The translations under genes and the position numbers were made by a program. The notes under the pieces are model-generated. The model saw nothing but the letters and a program-made list of their open reading frames with translations. It did no database searches and had not been told where the DNA came from. A DNA stretch of 64,000 nucleotides, taken from NCBI RefSeq assembly GCF_964355755.1, contig NC_092680.1, positions 5,208,001-5,272,000 on the forward strand. Direction: 5' to 3'. Positions 51,152 through 64,000 of the stretch are shown here, in pieces. Numbering within the stretch: the first letter of the stretch is position 1; the number at the start of each line of letters is the position of its first letter. Origin of the DNA: Antedon mediterranea (Eukaryota; Animalia; Echinodermata).

Positions 51152-51719
51152 GGCTCTTGTAAAATAAAAAGGTATAGGCCTAGGCCTATTTCACTCCCTA
51201 ATACTAAGTACAGATTACTAGAATACGCCCTATAGTTTATATAAATTTAAAAACTAAAAGTTCAAGAGTACTTTTCTTAGCCCCATTCGTTGCTGTCGAG
51301 ACCAGAGCACTGTTTTGTAAGAGTTACAGCAATCCTGTACGCCACGAGGCAAGGTCATCACACTTCATTTATCTAGAAGTGAGCACTTCAAAAACTCTTA
51401 GCATATACTCACTCCTACTCACTGGAATCCCTTAAATACAATACGTCCCATTTGTATTGACATTTTTTTTAATTGTTTAACTGATAATTTGTTATTAATT
51501 GTATAAATATTTATTTGAACTGTTAGACGTGACTTGAAGAAGTCCTTCCAAGAAATAAACCTATATTCACATCTGTCAATTGAAAGTTGAAACATCGGTT
51601 GATTTTACGGCACATCTTTTTTTCTTCATATTCTGCACGTGGACATAATATTCGGGTCCCTAACTGATCAGATACTCCTAATTTTCCTCTTTTTTCGTCT
51701 TCGAAGGCAATGAGTCTCT

Positions 51720-51877
51720 TAGTGGCGTAATGGCTATGAGCACTCACTGGCTAAACCCGAGGCCCCGGAACCTTGGGGCCCCAGAGCAGTACCCAGAGGT
51801 TAAAACAGGTATTGAAATAAGTCGAAAAGACTAAGGGATTTAGGGTTCCTAAACCAAGGGCCTCTCGTCACGCCGCT
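51720..51877. mobile_element. hAT-like MITE family B copy
   Basis: 8-bp TSD gagtctct/gaatctct; internal homology to 34860-35057. Confidence 0.7.
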
Positions 51878-51994
51878 GAATCTCTCGATAATATTCCATT
51901 CATAATAATGAGAAGAAAGATACAGAGGTGCAAGTTCAATATCTATATTTTACTTTTGAGTATTTCTATATAAAGATAGACTAGCCATAGTATG

Positions 51995-52152
51995 TCTGTC
52001 TACACTCTATCAAACAAGTTTGAAAAAAAGTGTGATGTACCCTAATATGGTAGTGATATGTTTAAATATGGTAGTGATATGACATCATCATGTTCATTAT
52101 AGGCACATCACATTTTTTGTCACATAAAGTTTGATAGTATAGACAAGGCTTT
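51995..52152. mobile_element. MITE family A copy
   Basis: Both TIRs present; further partial copies near 38115-38189, 46815-46917 and 49385-49478. Confidence 0.78.
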
Positions 52153-52834
52153 TTAGGCATAGTCATGAATAGCAGGTTAATACATTTTTTCATCTCCCTG
52201 GTTGAAGGAAGGGGAACGAGAATATGAATGTTGCATTATACAACGCCTCGAACAATCAATTTTATTGAAGATATTCCTTTTAGAAATGCGACTAATGATA
52301 TTGTTTTGACATGTATGATTTAAAAACTACAATACCGCGTTTCTGTGTTAATTGTTGCCGAGAAACACACTAATTGCCATAACAACGTAACAAAGAGATG
52401 CCGATCTCTTATCAGTTGCTGTGAGAACAGATGTAGAAAGTGTGATTTACAACATGGATCAATTTGATGCAAAACAAGATAAATGTTGATACACGTTTTG
52501 ATAAATGTTACGTTTGTGTGTTTTACATGTGTAAACAGAGATCATGGTTTTAGATATCCAAAAGAATTTTAATAGGATGGATATTTTTTATAAGCAAGAA
52601 GATGTCGTCAAAGCGGGGAGATCAAATATCGTAATTAAATGTGGTCCGCAACTGTAATCGAATGTCACTTATAAATTACAGCCTTTTTGCAATTCTAAGA
52701 TTATTCCATATATTTATACTAAAATACATGTATGAAAAAGCGTATTCAACAGTATAATAAAAGGAAGTAAACCAATATAAAAAAATTCCCACTAGCCATA
52801 ACTCAATGTAAGCGCAACGTAATTCGACAATAAT

Positions 52835-53135
52835 TGATATAATAATACCACATTTATATAGCGCCCTTTTCATGAGTAATCATGCTCAAAGGCGCTTTAC
52901 AAGCATTATTACCCCAGTATTTTTTTGGGATCAAACACGTATGGAAACATACTCCCATAATGCAGCCGGTAACCAGCGCAAAGTTGTGTCTAGATCTAAC
53001 TGGGTACCCATTTATACACCTGGGTGGAGAGAGGCAACGTAAGTAAAGTATCTTGCCTGCGGATACAAGCAATGCGGCGAGAGTTGGATTCGAACCTAGG
53101 TCTGACGATCGGTAGTCCAACGTCCAACAGCACAC
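52835..53135 (-). mobile_element. tRNA-derived SINE copy (best preserved)
   Basis: Reverse complement has ggttcgaatcc B-box, cctctctccacccaggtgtataaatgggtacc core and gcgctatataaat tail. Confidence 0.8.
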
Positions 53136-56100
53136 ACTGCGTCACATTCGAGCTGCCGCTTGTCATCAGTTAAATCGCTGCGCCCCGGCCCTAGGTGTGA
53201 ACCAGGCTTTAACAGCATCTGGGTATAGATTAAGATACCATAAACTGGTGGTCAATAGTTGTGGAAAGCAAAATGTAATGTTTTGGCGAAAATACATATT
53301 TTTATATAGGCCTAAACTATTTGCCCCAAGTCTTTATTTTTTGTCTTTTTTATTTCGATAAAACGCCATATGTGCCAAAATATTATGTACCAATATTAAG
53401 TCAAAACTCCGTCTGGAATCCAGACTAATTTTAATATTATTTCAGACTAAACATTGATATTTGTTTGCATACTCATTGGGGTAGAGTATAGATAGTAAAG
53501 TACAGACCAATGCTAAGGCCCAGAAGGACATCCGAAAACATTGGAATCGTTTATTAAGCCAGTGACGTCATGATGAATCTCCGCGCGCTTAATTAATCTA
53601 TACAGATCAGTAAGAACAATATTGCATCATTAGGAATTACTTCATTGGGATTACGTAACAGATTCTATCTTTGCTCTTGATTATGATTATTCCGTTGAGA
53701 AAAAAAAGCATGAGAAAATGTCTTTGTGATTTGAAATCTTATGTCCCTTCTTCTTCTACGCAAAGTGGGCCTGTGTGCTTTTGATAAAAAGGGTTTAGCG
53801 GATCTGAAGGAAGAGTATTGGGCGTATCTCTTTTTATTCTTTGCGTATTATCCGTATTTTATAAGATGTAGATATAAATGTATTAAAAGACACCTACAGC
53901 ACTACAAACAATAGCACTTAAAATTTTGTCCTTTTGATGAAATTGAATAGCGCCACCTTTCATTCGCTTTACATTAGGCTTTCAACAATTTTTACCGTCC
54001 GAATTTTGTCTACCATGTTGTTTGTTGTGTTGTTGAAAAAAATAACTTTTTACCACATAATTAGTCTATACTGTAGTAGGCCTATATAGGAAATACAAAT
54101 AGGCCTAAACTTCGATTCTCCATGATTTGTATCACGAACAACGGCCTATGTGATTGAATCGACATTAATTAGTTAAAAATAATGATTCTGATGATTTATT
54201 TGTAGTTTGACCTTCTCTGAAAGTTGAACACGCTTCTCTAATTAGCAAATTTTTTCTGTCAAATTAAAGGAATATTGACAAGACGAAAAAGATTATACCT
54301 CATGGGCCGAGTGAGACACTTTTAGGCGCCAGGTGCAACCCGTGCGCTTCGTAATACTAATAATTAGTGGTTATCACTTCTTAAAAATGTTTAGAGATCG
54401 TCTGCAAACGCACGTGTTCCCAGCGTCCAGTTGCACACTTCACGCGTCATTGCACATATTGGCGCTAGCTCAAGGATCATAATAGCTCCACATTCCAGAA
54501 CCTGTGGTTTCTAATAAGGCGCTAATCTACCACACGTGGGTAATCAAACCTAAATAATATTTGATTGATTTGACACTGTCACTGTATATGGTAACAGTTA
54601 TTTTACTACTGTAGGTCTAGTGATATGACGCTTACAAGGCTTGTTTGGGGTTTTCTGCATATTGATGTCCTAAATAGCCAACTGGACAAAACATGTGCTG
54701 TGTGGTAGGCCTACAGAATTCCGAATGTGTTTTTAATAAAAAAAAAAAAGAATTTAGGACCTTTCTAATGAATCACCACATTCCTCTTCCGTACCTGGGG
54801 TAACAATATACAAAACAATTTGGATATGAGTTATTATGTTTCTTTACTGTGTTTTCTGAACATTCTTTTGTTAGCCATGTAACTTGATGTAAAAATATGT
54901 AGAATGAGTCATGCTTCTCACGAGAACATTAAATCATAACATGAAAATGGAAAGTTTAAATAAAGTTATAAAAGATCAAGTCTCATGTTAGAGGTCCTTT
55001 ATTTGTCTCGATAGACCTACGGTATTAAATTAGGTATTAAGTATTAGGCCTAGGCTTGGATTGTTCAGTTGATAGGTCTGTAAGTTTTGCCTTGATAGAA
55101 TGGGTATTAAGCCGTTGGATTTTGTGGACAGGTATATCGAAAAGGTAAAATTACTAGGCCTAAGTTACATTTTGTTTGATATCAACAGAGGTAAATTATT
55201 CCAACACTTGAATTTAGGCTCCCAGCATTCATTAGGCCTTATTGAAATGTAAATAATACACGAGTTTCTGTTCATCAAAGAAAAAGATGACTGTAAACAA
55301 ATGATCAAAGAAATTGACCGACAACAGGTGAACTTGGCAGCCAAGTAAGTCAACACACCTATAGAACGTAAGTTGTTGATGTACAACACTTAAAAACCCG
55401 AACAATGATAAAAGAACCGGATCGAAACACCTGCAGTTGTGACTTAAGGTTTGCTGTGCTAATAACATTATTTAGACCCTTTACTTTGGGATATGACGAA
55501 TCGAATAGGCCTGTCTTTCCACATTGTTAGTAATTTCATGCTCTTTTTTCATTGCCTGACAAGTGACAGTGATCCATGAATTATACGCACATTCTACAAA
55601 ACCAAAAATACACAAATCAATTTTTTAATTAAATTCTCATGACATTAATTAAATACTGGCTCCCCACTAAAAATGGGTGCAGTTTTGGAGGAAAAAAAAT
55701 TCTGAGAATTTCAAATACTTCTGGTTACTGGTTACTGACCGTTGGGCTTACGGACGAACGGAGCCAGTGCCCCGAGACCTACGGGTGAGTCTCGAAAAGT
55801 GAGTCGCCAACGGCAACTAAACGATAATTATCAACTTTTATGCTATACCTGTCTATCGAAGCGATCAAATACATACAGAGAATTGCATTGTTGTGGGTTT
55901 ATTTGTAAACACATCACCAGCCTGAACACCTGTGTGTAGATATAAGCCAGTAAATGTCAATGAACTGGGTCGAGGTTTTAATACCTTACTCACGTTCCAA
56001 ATTATTGATATGCTTATTAATGTTATATATAATAAATATAAAACTATGCTATGTATGTCTTTAGGTACCATTTATTATTTTAATTTAATCCACGGTACAG

Positions 56101-59100
56101 CATTCATCCATAGGGCCTAATAAGAAATAAATAAAAATGTTATAAATTAAATATTAATTGCAGAAAAACACGAGCAAGAGATTATAGCCTAATATAAAGT
56201 TTATATTTTAATATAGTATTATACAGTATTGAAATGTTTATAAAATTTCTAAAGAAAGAATTACTTTAAAATTGGAATATATCCGTACAATATATACAGT
56301 ACCGGTAACATATTTTTTAATTAGAAAAAAAGACTTCTAAAGGAACAAAACCATATCATTGTAAAAGATTCAAAATATCAGAAACAAACTCGAAGATGGT
56401 CTTAAGATAATAATAGTAAGGTTTATGTAAATAACTGTTGAATTTTATGATATTTAATTAAAATTAATTAATAAACAGACACATATATATATACCTTGTC
56501 GTAGGCCCAATATTTAATGCTAGTTAGGTACCGTAACTTAGGATAAAATAAGTTAAAGATATTTTAACGTCTATTAAGTTTGTCAAAAATCTGCAACATA
56601 AACATGTTTTTAGTTAAGAATTTTGAAACATCTTCACTAAATGGGAGAAAATTCTATTTAGTATGATTTTCCGTTTTTGTATTTGTTTTTTATTCTGAAA
56701 TAAAGTTATCAATCAATACAGTATACCAACAAATGCTTCTTTTGAAAGCAGACAAAATAACTACATCAAAATGACTGCAATGACAGGGTGAATTTTAGAA
56801 TAAAATATTCTTTTTGTCAAGAATCGAATGCCAATCTTTCAAAATGTTCTTTTGCAGAAGTTTCAGTCAAATCAAACTACCGGTGGCTAGGCTATAGGCA
56901 TATCTTAACGTAACCTGACAAAAAGGTAGGCCTTTGCAGTAGTTAGTTTTTCCAACATTTTTAATATTAAAAAAATAAAATTGGGTCATACAGTAAATTC
57001 AACAATACAATATGTTCCCAAGAGAAAAACTGTTACGGAATGTCAAAAGGTTTAATGAACTTCCCCATTTTTTATAAGCCATAATGTTAACACTGAATTT
57101 TAAAACTTGCACCTGCCGGAGAAAAATTCGATTAAATAGCATTACACTATTTTCTTAATTTTCCCAGGATAGTTTAACTGCAGTCTATTATATAGTGAGT
57201 ATATTTGTAAAATATAACAAAAGATTGTAGTGTTAGCGAATACCAGAAGTGTAGTGATTTAGCTAACTCGTTCATTGTATACCACTAGTTTGCAGTTATC
57301 CCGTACAGGTCGCTGGTCGTACGGTATGCGATAACAGGTTTAAGACACAAGACTCGTTTCCTATATTCTTTTCATAAATGTGTTTATGTTTTTGCATAAT
57401 TAAACAACAGGTATCTCAACGGTTCTTAACGGTTCTTTGTACTCGAAACAATTCAAAAATTTGAAATCAAATTTGATATCACCGTAAAGAACGAAAATGA
57501 ACCGTTTCATTACAATATAAGCTGAAGTGAGTTTTCTTCAAAACCACAGTTGAGTTTTATTAAAAAATTAAAAACCATCACAATCTTTTCAAGAATAAAT
57601 TTGATTTACAAAATACGTTTATAAATTGTAGGTTAGAATATCTATTTCAAGTGTAATATTAATAGTTAGGCTTGTTTAATTCCATAAATGTAGTGCTTGA
57701 CGCTTTTATTTCGTTCCTTTCCATCACTTCTAAAGAGAAAACCAAACTCTCTCCTCTACTGAGGATTTTTCACTGATTATTTTTAAGTTCCTTCAGTGTT
57801 TATTGCAGTTTCGTCCATTATATTATTATCGTTGCGCCATAGTTTAGCCAAATTTAAGCCAGAAACAGTGGTGCTTCTCCTTCTTCTTCCCTTTTTATTA
57901 GAATATATCCTATTTTGTTTCTTTTTCTTCCCAACTTTGTTGTTACTTTTTTCTGGGAGCCTAGCCTTAAAATGTTAGGGCCTATACTTATATAGGTTTC
58001 CCTCCACATAATATTATCATGAATAATACCACCAAACATTAAGATGACTATTATAGCGAGGCATTTAATAAAAAGGCAAACTGCCTTAAAATGTAAATGT
58101 GACATGTTTCGAGAAACTATTCTCATCATCAGAACAGTAAACAACGCCTAGAGTGCTTATATACCAATAGGACATAACATTATGTTTTCATTAATTATTG
58201 TCTAACGTGTTTATATAGTGGAGAATATTTATTGAATATTGAATAAACGAATTGAACTGAATTGAATAGATAGCCTACCATTTTGATTTTTACAATTTTT
58301 AGCGCTTGGATTCTGAAGCTGACGGCGGTTTTTTTTTTAAAGAACAAAATAGTATATACTCCAAATCATAATTATCTTTTTAAAGGCGGATGCCTTCGGT
58401 ATTCCCTTTGAAATTGGATTGAATCGTAGTCAATTAAAAGTTAACCACTTTTGTGAGGGCGCTTTTTTATCTCATTATACTTAATAAAACAAATTGAAAA
58501 CACAAGTAATTAAATTCTCAGTAGCTTAGTACCAATAACCTTCATATTGCGGTATCGATTGTATATATAGATAGGGTATTTTTTCAAAGTTGATATTCAG
58601 GGCTATTCTTAATGGGGGCGTTTAATCACCTTCCTCGAGGTATTGTGTAACCACAATCTTCGCTGATCTCCATTGTTTGTTTATAACGACACCGGAGCGA
58701 AACGTATTGTTATCCAGTTACTTGGTCTGAACACGTGTATGTACTCTCTTTACTCAAGAATCCACAGGTATTGTAAACTCCACTCGACGGCGCCAGTTGT
58801 CTGGCCCAACATACGGGGGAACAATGGACTAACATAGCGATACCCAACTAAGATAAACCCAATTGGCATTCTTTACTGGTAGGAGTGACAGAATTTGTCT
58901 ACATGTTTCTACAACACGTCTGTATGGTTTCTTCAACACCTGGGACGTCTGAAGAAATGACCAAATTCCTAGAAGATTCTTCAAAAAGCAATTGTTTTAG
59001 TGACGTATTGTTAACACTTGTTAATAAAATCGTATGGTAATGGTGACACATTTTTGGCACCAATATTATCCAATAGATGTTATTACATACTTACTTTTGA

Positions 59101-60979
59101 CCTGTCGGTTTTAAATCCAATTGTTCTTTTCTTTCTTAAATTATTTAAATATAAAAATTTAAAATTTGGCCAAAGCATCTAACTTTAGCTATTGCGATGT
59201 ACGAAACATAATGATTAGTAGGCCTATGTCTTGTTGACAAACACAGCTTGTAATAGGCCTACGATCACGTTCATGCATTTTCGATGTAAAAAGTGAAAGA
59301 TTCTTTCAACAACTTTCTTAATAAATATAGGCCTACGACCGTTTATAAAATAATAATAAAATAAATATTAAAATATAAAATAGCTGTTTATTGTTGAGTT
59401 TATAAAAAAGTGGCTTCACCGTTTAATTATCGGAAGGTGAACAAAATTGATTATTGACCTTATGCCCAGTTTGTGAATTTAATTTTAGAAATACAATGCC
59501 ATGCAGATCAACAGCCTACCACCATATAACACACAAGCAGCGCTTGCATTAACGCTATAAAAGTACGGAAGACAAAAAAAACAGCATACAAAATGAGCAT
59601 ACAGAAAAAAATGTTATTCTTGGAGACTGAAGGCGGGACTGGCTTCTAAGTCTGGACCTATTGATAAAAGTAGACATTTTATCATATACGGTAACATACA
59701 TAATGCTATACTCTAATATATTGGATCCCTACATGCCCATCATGTGTCTTAGCATACCCCAGTTAGAAAACGTATATGTACTTGTCAAAAAATATATTGA
59801 GCAATCGGTAACACATCGACAGATGTTGATAAGGTTATTCCGGTCATATTTTAAATGAAATATAATTAACTTGAGGATATGTTTTACAATTTAGTTTCAA
59901 CAATATCCATAACTAACGAAGCAAACTCTACCCCAGGCCCCATCAGTGAAGATGTATTGTTCGTGGACGATTAAACTAGACCTGTGATTTGTTTCACAGT
60001 TTATGGCTAATTGTAAGTATAAGAACGCTAACTCTTTTCCCTAAAGGCGGACTACAGATTTACTTTTATTATTAATTCTTTATTTCAAGGACTTTTAACA
60101 ATAATTGTAAGAAATATTTAATTTTCTCACAGTCGTTGCAATGTACTTATTATCTAATGAGGAACAACATTAAAATATGTACTGTATATAATAATTAATA
60201 TAATTCGACAGATTTAAAATGCGCATTTATATTCCCGAATTAGTTCAAGATATTTATCATTATACAAATTAAGCATAGGCCTATGCATGGTAGTGTTCAA
60301 ATAGGTATTATTTATTAATAATATTTAATAAATTATATTACTTAATATATTATTTAGTGAATTTTCGTTTCAAGATGAAAGACGAATGTTTGTTATCGCA
60401 CTTTAATCGTCCTACCTGTCGGAATTTGTAAAAACTGTATAAATAAATAAATATAAATAACTGAGCTGTTGAATTTATAATAATCACTATAGCTATGTAT
60501 TTTACAATTAGCTTGTTGTTTTACAAACACCAAATGTATGTGACCATCCTCGACAGCAGTTACAATTTCAACGGGTTTGAAAGAAGTGCGCCAACGTTAT
60601 TACAAAGTGCGATTATCAAACGTTAAAAAATCTACCAAAATATACATTGTTATACGCATACACAGGTTCATATTTAATAAATTAACGTCCCGAAACAATA
60701 TATTTCTATTGAGATCATGTACATGGCGATGTCCTTTGAACAAATAAAAACAATATGGTTGGGCTTTAGAACTTCTTTAATATCTCACTCGACGACTTCA
60801 ATTACAAATAGCGTGAGAGCATGTTTCCCGTATCACAAACATGACATTTGTAATTATTTTAATATGCGTAGTTATCATAAATAGGTCTAGTAAGTGCAAT
60901 TTTTTTATAAATGGAAAATAGCTATTTAATCACTACACAATACCAAGAATGCTTCTATTGTGACAGATAAGTTGTTAGA

Positions 60980-60993
60980 GTTACCATGGCAAC
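60980..60993. promoter_or_regulatory. RFX X-box (near-perfect palindrome) next to two CRE sites
   Basis: GTTACCATGGCAAC; TGACGTCA at 61048-55 and 61090-97. Confidence 0.5.
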
Positions 60994-63900
60994 ATATATG
61001 ACTCTTATACGGACAAGGAACCTCCTAAGATATAGGAGGGTGGTAGATGACGTCATAAACATCTAAAAATAAGCATACATCTGTGATTTTGACGTCACAA
61101 AAAATATTTAAGAGTACTTAAAAAAACCATAAATAATCATATGGCGATTACTTCAGGTATTCAATTAATAATAGATCGCGTGTTGCATGATGGTACTTAT
61201 TTCGACTGAAGCTGAAAGTCAAGAGAAAACGACGCCAAGTCTGATTTGAGTGAATACATCTTGAAAGCAATATAAACCCCTTTAAGCTGACTGATTTACT
61301 TGAATCTATATCCACATGCGTGGGTTATATTTTTAAAATATGATGTATCATGATAATTTATATAACCAATTCTCAAGGCTGTACTAACTATCGTTATGAT
61401 TACGTCATCAATTAACCTTATACTTTTATATATTACAACGAACATACGAAATAGCCTTCCAAAATACCGTTATATATAATCAATGTATTATTATAATAAT
61501 ATTATTTGGCCTGAAATATGTGCAGACCTATTTTCCTGGGACTCAGATGCTCTCCTCACTTAGTCAAGTGATCACGTGAGCCTGTGAGTATTTGATTATA
61601 CATCTATTCTATAATCTTATGTATAGACTGTTTGATTAGTATTGAAAATCATTATTTAAATCAATGGCCTAAAGTGAAAACATAATAGGCCTATTTGACA
61701 TTACAGTAGGCCTACATTTATAAACGTTTTTCCAGTAGGCCTATAGCCAAGCTTAGTAATAAAAAAAAAAGACGGTCCATAACTTTTCTAAACTAAAGTT
61801 CTCACCATCATCTTTTTGAGTGTCACGGATTATTAAAAAAGATCTGTATTTTATTTGTACACTAACATGTTTATATCACAGAAGAAAAAAAACATGTTTC
61901 CTTACTTAACCACCTGTTTTACTTTCTTCAAACTTTCTATTAAAATAGAATGAAGAAGTTTTAAAATTATTGAAGGCGAGGTAAACTGGGAAATCTCCTT
62001 CTAAAATATTATCAATTTTAAACACAGTGTGTTTCTCTCGATTATGTTGTCAGTTGCCCGGATGTGGGACTATATATTATTAAAACTGTTTTTATGATTT
62101 TCTTGGCACTTGCATCTAAACATGTTGTTTTGTTTGATATAGACTCACGCCTTTCGCTTTATAAAATATCTTAACCGTTTATTTTTAACAATCAATTTAA
62201 GAATGGAAAAGATCATCAAATAGAACCCCTCATTTGGGACACCATGTTCAGGGGACACACTTATAAAGTGAACTTGAAGTATAGTACTATAATTATGTTT
62301 AGCACTACGGTCAATCTTTCATAGGGCACTTGCGTGTTAGTTTGCCCCCCCCCCCCCAACCCCCACGAAGGTGTTCCTTAATTGGCATTCTAATGTCCAC
62401 GATTCTACCCCATTAAACAGAGGCCATGTAAGCCAAATAATGCAATTAGGACTACAACATTTAAACCGCATTTATTTCAAGTTAAATTCAAATCATTATG
62501 TTGAGGAAAAGTACCTGTTTGTGTACACTACTAGCTACACTTGTCTATGCCTAAACGAAACTAAATTACAAACTTCATAATTATTTATTTCATAATTTGA
62601 TATATCATTCATATCACTTATTGACATTATATAAATGCCACGAAGTGAAAGTTATCCGTTAAAGAACAAGTTTTAGTTTCAAGCATTTTGTTTTTGGATT
62701 ACCGCGTGTACGTGGCTACTTTTGATTTTATATGTTCAAAACAAGAGATCAATATTATAACGTATACCATATATGCCTAGTAACAAAAGTAAGGAAAGAA
62801 AGTGAACAATTTGAACCCCTAAATAAACAAGAACTTTAGGTTCACTTCACGCTTCGGTTAGCAGCACAAATCGTGGGGATCTGTGATTGGTCTAATTCTA
62901 ACTTTATCTGAAATGTCGCGTGCCGTAATTGTCATGGATGAACCGGAACAATAGATTATTTGTAAGCTGCCTACCACTTTCAATACAACAGGCACGCGAC
63001 AAGATTAATGTACCACAAACGGCACGCGAATGGGCTCATCCACATCGTAAGCCCAAACCTCAGTTGCCGTCAGTAATTTTCTTGGATTTTTATACATTCG
63101 TTGGATTTTGATCAACTTTATAATGGAATATATTCAAGTATTGTTTTGTGAAATTTCCTCTTATACGCGAGGACATACTAATTCAAGTTTCAAGCAATTC
63201 CGCATGTACAACAGCTGTTTGAGGCGATCACAGTTTTGTAATATTCCCGTCTTTGTTCAGGGAATTCTTACTTAGGATTTTATATAAAATCTCGGGCACC
63301 TGTTTGAGAATGGCAGTAACCAACAGTGAAGATGAGCACATCTTCGAGAACCGTAATATGCCCGCGTGGGAATCAGACAACAGGAACCTATCCTACCATG
63401 TTATCATCTGCCGGAAAGCATTTTTAATTTCGTCAAGCGGAGTCCATGATTGGGAGTCCTTTCAATTCTGTCATTAATCACGTTCCTAATATTTTAACAT
63501 ATATTGTTTATATCAAGGCTTAAATAAAAATGCGACCTAATTATTTGTAAACATTTATTAAGACGGTCTGAAACGTTTAAGAACTGGCCGACTTCCTCGT
63601 CCGGCCCCGGAATTGAGATAGGTGTAGCTTAATAATTTAATTAATTTTATTTTCTTAATGTCATAACGAAGTCTCATTAGTTAAAGATCTTGGTCTGCGT
63701 GTGACGTCATCAAAAATATGATCACGCTTCTTCTGTGATGTGAATGATGCATTACCTTCGTTCAACAAATCAGTAGCAATTGCATATATTTTAAGAAATA
63801 GGCAGTCAGATAATTATGACCATGAGTTACGTTTGATTAGAGGAGGAAGGATGTTGGATTTTTCCCGTATCCGGGAAACTTTCAAGGACCCCGTATCTAG

Positions 63901-64000
63901 ACCATTTGAACTAACGATATTAATTACTTCATTCCATAGATACAAACTAATAATTAAGCAGGGAGGTTATACAAGTTGTACAAGTTTTTAGCAAGTTATG

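Noticed and set aside
58789-58803. Canonical BMP/Smad element GGCGCC-N5-GTCTG
   Set aside because: The spacer is 4 nt rather than 5, so it is not called as a feature; mentioned only as weak context.
46000-64000. Short ORFs (60-116 aa) in the distal region
   Set aside because: No recognisable domains or consistent exon chains; many overlap SINEs, MITEs or AT-rich low-complexity DNA.

Overview
AT-rich, intron-rich animal genomic DNA; an invertebrate deuterostome such as an echinoderm is plausible but cannot be proven from this window. Three spliced genes were reconstructed by hand, with GT-AG boundaries and consistent intron phases. (1) The 3' half of a Trk-family neurotrophin receptor kinase on + (1432-5599). 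(2) A complete cytosolic carboxypeptidase 1 (AGTPBP1/CCP1/Nna1-type tubulin deglutamylase) on -, with 24 core coding exons and about 1214 aa (12357-35639), convergent with Trk. (3) A complete signal peptide peptidase HM13/SPP on +, with 9 exons and about 374 aa (39396-45476), head-to-head with AGTPBP1. The last ~18 kb has no recognisable coding sequence. Introns and intergenic DNA carry many MITEs, tRNA-derived SINEs, LINE remnants and local tandem duplications. The most notable observations are a six-copy tandem array of an AGTPBP1 exon end plus its 5' splice site, an in-phase polybasic candidate exon at the AGTPBP1 N-terminus, a Trk tail with Phe at the PLC-gamma docking Tyr position plus a PDZ-type terminus, an orphan promoter and first exon pointing antisense into Trk, and a 72-nt AGTPBP1 start exon holding 7 ATGs. 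No prokaryote-type system (CRISPR etc.) is present, and I cannot claim a wholly new system; these are testable leads.
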